DNA of 62,408 bases, the filler included, from Rhizaria sp. SCN 62-66 (Eukaryota), in the NCBI GenBank assembly GCA_001724265.1. It is 4 parts of 4 records of this genome, joined end to end, with 100 filler letters (N's around TTAATTAATTAA, not from the genome) between each part and the next. Parts side by side here need not be neighbours in the genome. Positions count along the whole stretch, not along the records: positions 1 to 21,159 come from MEDY01000703.1; 3 more parts are not named here. One strand, written 5' to 3'. Positions within the stretch are counted from its first letter, which is position 1. Every line of letters begins with the position of its first letter. This document shows, one piece after another, positions 1-12,400 of this stretch. A model generated the notes under the pieces. The model made no database searches. It was not told the origin of the DNA and saw nothing but the letters and a program-made list of their open reading frames with translations. The translations under genes were made by a program, and so were the position numbers.

Positions 1-476
1 TTTGACGATTATTTCACAGAGATTTCTATTGTGGAAGTTACCTGCCGAAAACTGCGTTTTTGGCGTTTTTTAGTTGACGCTACATAGGGGTTACATGTTG
101 TCCCATGTTGTTCGTTAATGATTTTGATGATGTTCATGGCAGTGTGACATTTTGTTAGAATTAAAGGACATCGTGGAAATTGGATTTCATAGTGAAATAT
201 ACGGATGAATTTAATGTAATATGTCATCATTGTTTAAATTGCGTTTTATCGATTCAATATTCCGGCAGTTTACGTCATATCGTAGGCTAATTTGAATCGC
301 CGGGGTGCGGCGTACCACTGAAGAAAATGAAGAAGATAAGCGATACGACAATAAAGTGGATTATCTATTGTAACAGCTAATCATTCAGCTAATTAGTTTA
401 ATATTGGAAAAGTTATCCGTGTTATTGAGCAAATCTTGGTACGTAGTATCATCTAGAAATTGACATCAGTGCCAGT

Positions 477-3400
477 TTACAGTGTACAATCGCTAAGTCC
501 GAGATCCCAGAGCAGTGCAGCAGGAACCTCTACGGTGGGGAACAAAAGTGACAGTAACCACAACAGTTTTCGCGCCAATACAACGTCATCCGCCTCCGAG
601 CCCACAGAAGCGGCATTTGCGCTCACAGTCGGGCGTGCAGCCTCCGTGGCGACGAATAGCGGCGTCGGCGTCGCAACCGTGGCACCCGCAAGCACGAGCG
701 CGGGGTCATGGGCAAGCAGAGACGTCGCCTCCATATGCAGCGGCAGTTGCGCGCGCGCAATCGCAGTCGGCGCTGCGGTGGCTGCAGTCTGCGCAGCCGA
801 ATCAGGAACAGTGGAGTCGTTGGTACCGACTATAGGCACGTTGTGCGTATAGATGGCGTCTGCGAGGCGCGTGATGAACTCAAGGAAAGACGCCCATCCG
901 AGACCAAGGCCCATGCCGTTGGCACCGACACCACTTGCACCACCACTACCAGTGCTTGCACCAGCCCTGGAGCGCTTGCCAGGCTTAGAAGTTGCACCAG
1001 AGCCAGAGCCAGCGCTGTTGGTGGCACGCGCGGAGAGAGGAGCCTTACGTGGCGGCGAGTCCGCAGCACGTTGCTTCCCTCCAGTGCTGTTGTTAGTGTT
1101 GCGTTTACCCTTGGTTGCAGCAACAGGAGCATCTGCGAGCGCAGCTGGGTGGGGGTTCGTACGCGTGAACGCGGCGTCAATCGGGTCTTCACCGTCGTCA
1201 TCATCATCGTCGTCGTCATCATCATCGTCGTCATCGATAGCGCTGTCACCATCGTAGTAACCCTCGCCGTTGAAATCGGCAGCGCTGTCCTTGTTTTTGA
1301 AATAGTTAACGAGAGTGTTGTCGACATCACTATCAGCGACAACGGCGTCATTAGCAGTGGTGGATGCAGTCCTAATCACAGACACATGGTCAGATGTTGC
1401 AGATGTTGCAGCAGTTGCAGACTGGAAATTAGACCCCAAGACCGTGGTCACATTTTCCTTCAGGGCAGCGATCGCGCTGTTGCTCCCAGCTCCTGCATCA
1501 GATTCAGAGTCAGAATCACCGTCAGGCTTGTCAGTGATGTCCACGATTGATACGCGCGCACTCAGCCTCTTGCTATTCCTGGCACTCCTGCGACCAGCGC
1601 CGGTGACCAGCACACCAACAGTAACAGGAACGGGACTTATTGCAGAAGTGGCAACCCGAGCAAAGGAAGACGCAGTCGTATCGTCATCATCGCTGTCGCT
1701 GCTGTCACTGTTCTCGGGGAAGAAATCGCTTTCAAAGCTGTTATCACTATCACCGTCATCGTCTTCGTGGATGGTGTAGCTAGAGTAGTTGTTGTGAGAG
1801 CCCAGCTGCTCAGAGTCCTCGATGTAGTCGACGTCGTTGGCGTCCTCACTCGGACCGAGTCCGAGGAGCACATACGGCGCCATGCCGGCAACTGCCTCAG
1901 CGTAAGACCGCACGCCCATCGTAATACCCGCGCCTCCTGCGCCGCTGTTAGCGCCGCTCATGCCCACTGTCAGCACACTGTTACCGCTATTGCTGCCGAC
2001 GCCGCTGCCCGCGTTGCCATCGCCTGCAATAACAGCGCCGCCGCCGCGCCACGGGACGGCCGTGTGCGTGGCCGCCACGCCCCCAATGGCGCCCGCGAGC
2101 GCCGCCGCCGCACGCCGGCCCGCGCCGCCTTGGCCGCGGGGCGCGCCGGCGGCCAGTGCGGCGCCCGCGCGCGCGGCCGCAGAGCCCGTTCCACCGCGGC
2201 CGCCCGCTCCGGCCTCACCAGACGAGCTCGCACCGGCGTTGCTGCTGCCACTATTGATGTTGCTTGCGGCGGCGTGAGACACGTTCTTGCGTGCACCAGC
2301 TGCTGCTGCTGCGGCGGCCACGGCGGCTGCAGCAGTGACCGTGAGAGCGGCGCCAAGCGCAAGGATGGCGGGGAAGCGCGCGGTCGGCAAAGCGGCGCCG
2401 TAGCCTGCGCGACTGTAGCCCACGCGGAAGCCGCGGGTGTGGCCACGACTATCGCCGCGGCTGGGACTAGAGCTGGTGCCCGCGCGGACGAGTTTGCGCT
2501 GTGAGGAGGGACGCTGCGGTGACTGGGAGCGTGGCCGCGACTGCGGGCGCTGAGGTGACTGCGCGCGCGACTGCGTCTGCTCATTGCCATCACTGCTTGA
2601 AGGCACAGAGGACACCCAGGGGCGTCCCTTGGCCAGGTCCCGGGCAGCCACCCGCGCCTCTGCGCGCGCCCGCGCACGCGCTCGGGCGCGCGCCGGCGGA
2701 CAGGGGTCGTATATGGTCGCCGCAAGCACAGTCACGGGCACAGTCACCGTGACAGGGATGAGCACGTTCGCCCACCCAGAGCGCGCCGTGATAGCCGCTG
2801 CCAGCGCCGCCGCGGCCGCGGAAGGGATGGACCCGCGGCGCGCGGCGGACAGCCCGGCGGAGCGCACAGCGTCGGCGGCGAGGCCCACGCCGCCGGGGGC
2901 AGCAAAGGGCACAGGGACGGGAACCAGCATCGCCACGGCGGGGGGCGGCACGGCATGGCACAACGACGACGGCGCCGGCAGCGGGGGCGGGGCCGGCGCC
3001 GCGGCGGGCGGGCGCGCCGAGAGTGTCGTGGTGGCGCGGCACGCAATGGCGGCGACGGCGGAGAGAGTGCCCGTGGACAGACACGATTGCTGCAGAGACT
3101 GTTGCACGGCGAGAGCGGCGGCTTCAGCATCCTCCTCTTCGCTGTTCTTCGCAGATGACGATGACGACGAACCCTTACCTGCATTGTAAGCGCCAGTAGA
3201 GTTCTTAGTGGAAGCTGCTTTGCTTGCGGTTGCACTGGCACTGGCACTCGTACTTGTGCTTGCGCTAGGGTTTGTGACCGCGGCAACAGCCGCTGCGCTG
3301 GCCGCCGCAGCCGCCGCAGCGCTCACCACAGTCGGCGCTGCCCTGCTCGGCTCCGCCTTGTACGCAGGGCACGTGGGCAGAAGTGATGCAGACCACGTGG

Positions 3401-6400
3401 ATGCGCCGCCGCCGATGCCGCCGGTAGCCGCGGTCGCTGCACGCAGCATCACACCACCACCAGTGCCGCCGCGCGCGCCATTGCCGGCGCCGCTGTTGCC
3501 AGAGGTGGCTGCGCTCGCAGTCGCGCTGGCGTCGACGTTGTTCGCGGCAGCAGTGGCGGCAACAAACGACGCGAGGCCCGCAGCGGCTGCGGCGGCCGTG
3601 CCGGTGCCGGCGGCAGCGAGCGCCAGAGTAAGAGCGGCGCGCGGCGGCAAGGGCGGCGTGACATCAGCCGCGGAGGGCGGCGGCAGCGCCAACGTGAACG
3701 CGGAGATCACATCCCAGGATGTCAGCACCCGGGCGCTTACACCGGAAGGTAGCGGGATCATCCCCGCAACAGCGAAGGCAGCTTTGTTCACACCGCCACT
3801 AGCGTCGCTATTGTTTTTGCTGTTGCTGAGCGCGAGCACAGTCGTCGCGCCCCGCGCAAGTCCCAGAAGCCGTGCCAGGCCCTGTGCGGCAGGCAGCGTG
3901 ACACGGCGCCGCCTCACAGCTGCCACAGTGAGCAACGGCGTCCCCACAAGCGCGGCAGCAGCGCCAGCCCCCGTCTGAACAGTCGCGGCGCCGACCGAGG
4001 CGGCCACGATCGAGGCCGCGGCTGTAGCGGCTTCGGCGGGCGTGCGCGGCGGCTGCAGCGACAGCGCGGCGGCCAGCGGCAGCAGCGCGCGCGCAGTGGG
4101 GGCCGCGGCGGGCGCGGGCGGCAGCGCAAGCGTGGCGGCAGGCGTCACGGCGGTGAGCAGGTGCACGAGCTGCTGGGACTGCAGCGAGCACGGTGATGGC
4201 AGCAGCGGCGCCGCGGTGGCCTGCGCCGCGGCAGCTGCGGCCGCGCCTGCGCCCGCGCCGGGGGCGGATGATGTCGCAGCCGCAGTGGCAACAGCGGATG
4301 CAGCGGCAGCGGCGGCGGGCGAAGAGACGAGCGCGACTGCCGCGGGCGGGAACAAGCCAGGCAATGCTTGGAACACACGCAGAGAAGCAACACGCGCGGA
4401 AGCAACCGCGGCGGGCGTAACTGCGGCGGCAGCAGCGGCAACGGCGGCGAGTGCGGCAGCTGCTGCGGCGCTGGTGCTGCTCGCCAGCTCAATTCCTGCC
4501 GGCTTAGCGGGACTACTGTTGCCGCCGTCACAGCCTGCACCGCTGCCGTTTGCACCGCTGGACGACGCGGTGCCAGCGGAGACTCCTGCCCCTGACGCAA
4601 CCGCCGTGGCCGCCGCAGTTGCGACAAGCGCAGCGACCGCGTCGGCGCAGGCGCGCGCGGAGCCGGAGCCCGCGCCGCCGGGCGCGGTCGACGCGGCGGC
4701 AGCGGCGGCGGGCGCCGGGTCGGAGAGAGCGAGGAAGAGGTCGCGTAGAGACGGCGAGAACAGCGTGAGCACGGCGCGGGGGCGCGGGGTGTGCAGCAGC
4801 GGGCGCAGCGACAGCGGGGAGAGATAACGGGGCACGGCAGTGAGAGACGACAATGCTGAGTTTTTCAAGCCCTCATCCGCATTTTTGTCACTTTCAGGTT
4901 CAGCCTTTGTCTCCGTTTCTGCTGTTGTTGTTGACGTCTTGACCTTGACTTCAGTCGAGGTCTCAATATCGTAATCATCAGCGCTCTTGCGGTTTGTAGT
5001 ATTGGAGTCGCACAGCGCGCTCGAGATCAGAGGAGCGTAAGCTGGAAGCAGCGGCGGCAGCGGCGCAAGCGCAGTGTGCAGGAACGGGTAGAGCCGCTCC
5101 GTGAGCAGAGTGGCAAGCATGCCCGCTGCCTCTGCATCGACCGAGATGACGACGCGACCGCAGGCAGTTACGCTGCGGCTGCCAACGCTCGCACTCGACT
5201 GCGAAACGGTGACGGCAAGGGCGAGCTTAACAAGCACAGCATAGAATGCAGGCAGCGACAGCTGCTCTTGCGGGTTCGAGCGCAGAACAGCGGCTGCGCA
5301 CGCAACCTCACTCTCACTTGCACAGCTGTTTGCGGTCGCACCGCTGCTGCTGTTTACATTGCTGCCGCTGCTGCTGACGAACGTTTGTTGTGCCGGGATG
5401 CGGGCAAGCGCGTGCGCCGCTGCTTGGTGCCACCAGTCGCCCTTCCTGCCGTGGCATGCAATGACACCACTGGCACTGAGGATAGCACCTGCACCGATAT
5501 TGGCCTCAATACCGTCGTTAAGACCAACTTTGCGAGACAGGTTGCTGATGCTAGCGTCTGTGATCGAGTTCGAGGAGTTGGCATTTGTGCTGTTGGAGGC
5601 CGCAGGTGTGGTGATGGCAGCTGCGGCACTCTGCAGCGCACGCCAACGTTCATCGCCCTCACCACCACCACTGGCCAACCCCAGCGATAGCACAAGCCAC
5701 GATGAGGGAAAGTACGGCGGCGGCTGCGCGGGAGCAACGTCTCCGACCGTGGCCGCCGCCGCCAGCGCCACCGACGCTGCAGAGGGGGCGGGGGCAAACT
5801 GTAGCGCGGCAGCGGTGGCTGCTGCGGCGGCCGCGGAGGCAGGATGCAGGCCTGCCGTGGCGGCGGAGACAGCGGCCGCGGAGACGGCAGCAGCGGCGGC
5901 GGTGGCGGCAGCGGGAGCGCTAAAGAAAGCGGGCGAATGGCGAGTCGGCAGTGCAGTAATGAGAGAGGCGATTGCAGGAGGCATCAACGCGAGAGGCTGC
6001 GGCAAGGACGATAGTGATGATGACTGAAGTTCGTTGTTACTATTTGTGTTGTTTTGAGTGTTGGTGTCCCAATGTTGCAAAGTTGCATCAACAAACGCGC
6101 GCCGCCACACGCCCTTCCAACCACCAACACCGATACTGCCGCAAAAACGACGAGACTCTACGTCACGAACAGAAAGACCCCAATGCTGCTTCCCCGCCCG
6201 AGATTTCTGCTGTTGCTTATGAAGCAGTAGGAGCTGGCGGTGGTACAGGCGGTGCGTGCGCAGCAGCCTCTCCAGGTCGATCCCGACCGGCGGGTGCAGC
6301 GGCGCGCGCGGCGGGCGGCGGCGGAGGAAGGGGGGCGCCGCGAGCAGCAGAGCGGTGGCGACCTCCCCGGACACGAGCGCAGGCAACGCGCGGGATGAGG

Positions 6401-9400
6401 TGGTGCCGAGTGCAGAGGTTGCGGTTTGCTGCGGAGGCCCTGAAGTAGCTGCTGTCGATGACGTCCCTGGCGATGACTGCGCTTGAAACGGTGACATCGC
6501 AGGCGGTAACGGGGTCGCAGAGGCGGCAGTCGGAGTCGCTGCGCTCGCCGCAGTGGCTGCCAGCAGCGCAGTCTCCGCAGCAGAAATAGGGAGCAGCGGC
6601 AGCTCAAAGAGCCCGCTGTCGCTGCCGACCATGCTCCACGACGTTGCGGTGCCCGCAGCCGCCGCGCTCGCCGCGGCAGCCGCGGCCGCCGCCTCTGCGT
6701 TGGCAGCGGCTGTAACAGCGTCGTCGTACGCCTGTTTCGCCGCTGTTGCGCGGCATGCTGCGGTAAGCGCGGCCCAAGGCCCCCGGCGGTGCGCGAGTGC
6801 AAGCAGAGAGAACGCCGGCCGCAGAAGCGGGTCGTGGCGTGACAGCACGGCTTTGACTGCCAACAGTCCGCTCGGGGAGAGAACAAAAATCGGCTGGCTA
6901 TCGCTCCCGCTCTTTGCAGCGGTCACATTTGCATTAGTGACAGCTTGGCCACTGTTCTCAGCCTGAAGCTGCTGCTGCTGGTGCTGCTGTGGCTGGTGCT
7001 GGAGCTGTTGTTGCTGCGCAGTCGTGAGCAGCGTCCCTACAGTGGCCCACAACTCCTCGAAGTCCTTCCTGGCTGCCGCCGGTGTCGGCTCCTCCTCCTG
7101 TCCGCCCGCGACCGAGGGCGTGCCAGCCGAGACCAGCGGCAGCACCTCGGGCCGGCCGGTGAACAGCGCGGCGCGCGGCGGGGGCGCCACAGTGTGGGGG
7201 CGTGAATACTCGCGGGCGGCGCGGTCCGCGGTGATACAGCGCAACGCCGCGAATTCGGGGTCTGCGTCTGCAGCGTCCGCACTCACAGTGTTGTTTTGAC
7301 TTCCGCTGTCGTTGGCTACGCAGCAACTGCATTCAGAGATGTTATCATTGACCGTGGAATCATCATCATCGCCATCCTTGTTAGTGAAGAGTTCGCAAAG
7401 CAGCCACTGCTGCTCTGGCACTACAGACGCAGAACTATCCGCATCAGCAGCACCGCTGGGGTCGGATTTAGCGCCGCTATTGTTCGTGTTGTTGTTTTTC
7501 TATGAGATTGCGGCCTTAGCAACCGCGACGGCCTCCGGCGCCGGTCCGTCCCTACTGCCAGTCAGCACCGCCCTGAAGCTCGCGCCCAGCGCTGCCGACA
7601 GCAGCGGGTCCGCGCTGAGCACGGCGCTCATTGCGGCCCGCACCTGCTGCGGCAAACCAGCGGTCCAGCCGAACGCGCTCGCCGCTATGGCCACGCTGCC
7701 GGTCCCAGCGGCCGCTGCGGCCGTTGCGGCGGAGGCAGCGGCTGCGGCAGGGGAAGACGACGCAAGCAGAGACTGTAGCGCTGGGGGCGGCGGGGAAGCT
7801 GGCGCGAGGGGCAGCGGCAGCGCGGCGGGGGTGGCGAGGTTCTGTGACGACGCTCCCGCAGCGTAGCCGGATAGCGCCACGCTGCCGCTGGCATTGCTCG
7901 CCGAGCTTGAGCCATTCGCGGAGTTGGACACATTGCCGCTGGCGCTGCTGCTGTTGCTGCTGCCCGTGCTACCGTTGCTCGCGAGAGGAAGGCGGAAGAG
8001 CGGGTGGCCGTGTTGGTTTGCAGACAGCGCACAGTCGAGAGCAAGCGTCGTGAGAGGTGGGGCGCGGTTGGTGCCGAACAGGCGCGGCGGCGCTGGGGCG
8101 GCGCTGTTAGCAGAGCGAGCAGGAGGACGCGGGGACAAGGCAGGGCCCGCAGTCTTAGTCCTGAGAGCAGTCGCTATTGTTGTCCCACTGAGAGCGTTCT
8201 CACCAGTCTCCTTCAAGGTCTCAGTGATACTCTCGTTCCCGTCGCTTGTAACAGCGACGATCTCGGGATCAACGCTAGTTTTTGGCTCAACTTCTTCATC
8301 AATGACAAGCTCAGACTCAGCAGCTGCATCAACCACACCAGAGCTTGCGTCAGCTTCGGCGACAAGATCAACAGTAGCATCCGTGTTTGCCTCAAGATGG
8401 CTTTGGTCACCAGCTGCCTTATCATCATTACCATTGCTCACAGTCGCTTGCGCCGCCGTTGCCTTCGTCTTCTTCGCAGTTTTAGTCTTCGGACGCGGCA
8501 ATTGTGGCGGCGCGGGCGGAGCTTTGGGCACAACCACGGTAAGCACTGCTTGCCCAAACGCCCCCGTCACTGCGGCCGCGGCGAGCAGCAGCCCGATCAC
8601 AAGCGGGGGCGCGCGCGGGTCCGCCGCAGCCGCGCGCGCGAGGGCGCAAAACCGCGCGGCTGTGGCGGTCGACGCCGCGGGCGCAAGCGTGGCGGCCGGC
8701 GAGGTGAGCGGGAGCGCGGGGACGGGCACTGTGGACGTGGCGGCGGCGGCCACCGCGGCTGCGGTTGCGGGAGCAATGTTGAGCGCAGCCGTGCGCTGCT
8801 GAGCGGCCTTTGAGGTGCCGGTAGTCGTCAGTGCGCTGTTGCTGTTGCTGCTATTGCTTCCGGATGAGGTGCTGGGCGCAGGAGGCGGGTGAGTGAATGA
8901 GGCAGCGAGCCACAATGTGTTGACGCTGGCAGCACGTGCGGATGCGCCTCGCTGCTGCTGCTGCTGCTGCTGCAAACCGTTGGTCGCGCTGGTGGCGTTG
9001 TTGCTGTTGCTAAGTGTATCAGATGATGTCGTTAAGAGAACGACACCTTTTTTGCTCGCAGCCATGGCTGCTGTTGCTGAGAGTCCAAGCTCGCGTCCCT
9101 GCTCAAACTCATCACTATGAGAAGCATCTGTGTGACTGTGCGAGTTGTAAGTGTTTGCAAGCACTACCTTCCCCAGCCCGACCGCTGCCACAGCGCCCGC
9201 GTGCACGAGCACGGACGGCGGCATCGTCTGCCACCACTCAGCGGCCGCGGCCGCCGCGGGCAGTCCGTCGGGAAGACTCCTTTCGGTGACGGCCCAAGCG
9301 CCACTCGCATCACCGGCAGAAGAGAAAGTACTCTGCCTGAGACACACACGGCGCGGCAGCGCGTTGAGGTAGCTCGCCGTGATGACGCGCATCGCGAGCC

Positions 9401-12400
9401 TGCGCAGCGTGAACTCGAGACGGAGCACCGCGGCCACGTGCCTCGGCAGTGGACGCAGCACGACGCCGCCGCCAATGCCCGCGCTAGCAGCGGCCGCCGC
9501 AGCCGCAGCCGCCGCGGCGGTGTTAGTCGCGGTCGCGGTCGCCGCGGCGGGGGGCGGGTGGCCCGCGGCGGAAGAAGCCGCGGTGACAAACGCCAACAAG
9601 GCCGCCATCGCGGTCGGGCTTGGCGGCGGCGGCAGGAACACGTCGACGTCGATCGAGTGCGGGGCAATGTGGCTCGGCCACTGGCACGCTGCGCCCGCGC
9701 AGACGCCGGTGTAGCTCACAGTCGCGGCTGCGGCTGCGGCCGCGGCTGCAGACGCGGCGGAGTTGGCGCTGCTGTAACTGCTGCTGGGCTTGCTGGTGAT
9801 GATAGCAGGAACTGTAATCGGAACGTTGGCAAGAAGACCACAGTGAAGACACACAGGAGGAGGGAGAGCTGCTGCAATGGGAGTGAAAGCAACAGTACTT
9901 GCGTCAGTCACAGTGTTACTCGCCCCATTCGTTGCGTCGAGGCTAGTGGTCTTTGCGTTAAGATTGTTGCTCGTAGCCGTCGTTGTGTTGGAAGATTTAG
10001 TTGTTTGTAAACGAGCCAAATAGTAGCGACTTGTGCCGTGTTTATCACCAGTCGTCGTCGTATTGCTATTGACAGGTAGTGAGGGTACTGTAGCGGCAGG
10101 GTCAACCGTCGGTGTTGCAAGAGCCTTTGAAGTGTCGGCGAGGTCCTTTGATGGCGAGCCAATGGACGACAGCACCCCCCCACTTTGTTTCACACTTGTG
10201 CCTTGCTGTTGCTGTTGTTGCTGCTGTTGTTTCTGTTGCTGGTGCTGCGCCAGCACGTGCTGCGTGCGCGCACGCTTCAGCGCAAGCGCCTTCTTCACGA
10301 TCTGCGCTTTAAGCGCCAAGTTGGGCACTGTCTCAAAGCTTGCTGCCATTGAGGGCGTCATATATCCCGCATTGCGCGAACCAGCGTTCGCGTTGCTGTT
10401 CGTAAGCGCAAGCCCACCGCTGGCGGCCGCAACAGCAGCTGCCATCACAGTAGCGCCGGCGCTCATGTTTGAATTTGCACTCGATTTCGCGACTCTTGCT
10501 GTGGGATTGCTGGTGTTGCCGTCCTCACTGATCAAGCGAGGCACGCGAACGCGTGGCGGGGCCACGGCCAGCGGGTCACACGTCTGCAGCAGCGTCCCCG
10601 AGCTGGGGTCAGGCACCGATACTTCCCACGCCGCCAGCGGGTCACCGCCGGGAGGGCCGAGTAAGTCAGCACATGTGTCGCCGTGCCCACAGCTCTTGTT
10701 GCTGTTGCCATTTGGCTTATTAATGAGCGCGAAGCGCAGCCCACCACCGGGAGCAGGCGGCGCTCGGCCACCGATCGTGGTCGTGGTCACAGTGACAGAG
10801 CCTGAACCGGTAGCGGGCGCAGACGTAACCTTGTCACCAGCAGTCGCAGTGACGCCACAACCGCAGCCGCCATTGTTATGAAGCGAGCAGCCACTGGTCC
10901 CAATAGCGGCTGCCACAGCTGCAGCCGCAGGGGCCGCTGCCCAAGCGACGACAACAGCTCGATTGACTCCACGCGCGGTGCCATTCCCATCGGCGCTGCT
11001 ATCAAGCCCCTGGCCGTGCTCCGTTCCCGACGCAGTGCTGTCGTTGTCGCCGTTGTTTTGACGCGGCTTTGAGTTGGTCCACAAACGAGTCGCCGGGTCC
11101 GGCGCCGCGCTCCAGCCCTGCGCGCTAACGTGCGCGCTCAGTGGCGGCTGAGAGAAAAGGCCGCGCGCCTGGCGACGCGGGGAGCCCATGCCCAGTCCTC
11201 CGCCAACTGCATTCGCGCTGACATCGTTCGCGCCACGCTCAAAACTTGCACGGTAAGACGTGTTTGTTGACTCAGGACCGTCTGCACCTGCATCAACGCC
11301 ATCGGCAACTGGGGCCTCAGCGGCTTCAGCCGAAGTGCCGGCACGCGTCGCCGTCGCAGACAGCAGTCTCTGCGTCAGGCGCGCCCGCACACCGGGCCCT
11401 GCGATGCGCGTCGTGCCACCGCCCAAGTGCAGCAGCGCGCCTGTGCCACTGGTGACGCCGGCGCTGTTGACGCTTACACCGTAGCCATGCGAGCCGGCGA
11501 CTTTGGCACCGGTCGCGTTTCCGGTCGCATGATTTGCGTTTGCATTGCTATTGGAATACGCATCGTCGGAGTCAATCGTGGCGAGCGTCGCAGGCAGCGG
11601 AAACGGGAGTTGAGTGACACCCTTAGACTCAACCTCTGCCCGCCCACGCGCATCACGGTAAGTACCAGAGTTGCCTCCCACGAGTACTGCGTTGATCACA
11701 TTGGCGCCTGAACTGCTGCTAGTGTTGGATAGCAGAGCGTCTGCGGCCGTGTCGGCGCCGACGCGACAGTAGTGGTGCGTTTTGTGCTCAGCCGGCACAT
11801 GCAGGCTGCTGGGGCCATCGACTGCAGGGATGTTGGCAAGCCGGCGACGCGCGGCGCGGCGCTGAGCAGCGACAAGCAGAGCAGCAGCCGCAGTGAGGCC
11901 GGGACCCAAGTGCGAGTGCGCGTGCGGCAGAGGATTGCTGCTACCCGCTTTCACACCGTTACCCTGGCTGGCGGTGGCGTTAACAGTGCTGTTACTTGCG
12001 CTCGTGCGACTAGTAACGCTGCCGTCGGCTGACGTGTTGATCCTGAGATTGTTTGTGGCGCGAGGGTTGACAAATGAAGTGGTCGCAGCGCGGGCGATCG
12101 GGGGCGGCTTGATCTTCAGTTCTTGTTGCTGTTGTTGTTGCTGCTGCGGAGTGACGAGAGCTGTTGTTGCTGTCGCAGCTGTTGACGCTAACACTGACAC
12201 AGGCGCGGCGGTGATAGGGCCTATCGCCGTAGTAGTGACATCAGTGCTACCACGACTGTTCATGTTGGTGACGCTGTTGCAAGTGTGCGTATGCGTGACG
12301 GAGCTGGAATTTGTTGAGACAAACCCAGTTGCAGTCGAAGTTGGCGCGGCTGAAGTTTTCGGCACAGCAGAGACTGTGCTCGCTCTAGTGACCGTTGCAA

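Noticed and set aside
477-479. Ciliate-type reassignment of both TAA and TAG
   Set aside because: TAA ends RPS15A at its conserved C-terminus, and TAA stops are followed by non-coding-looking sequence.
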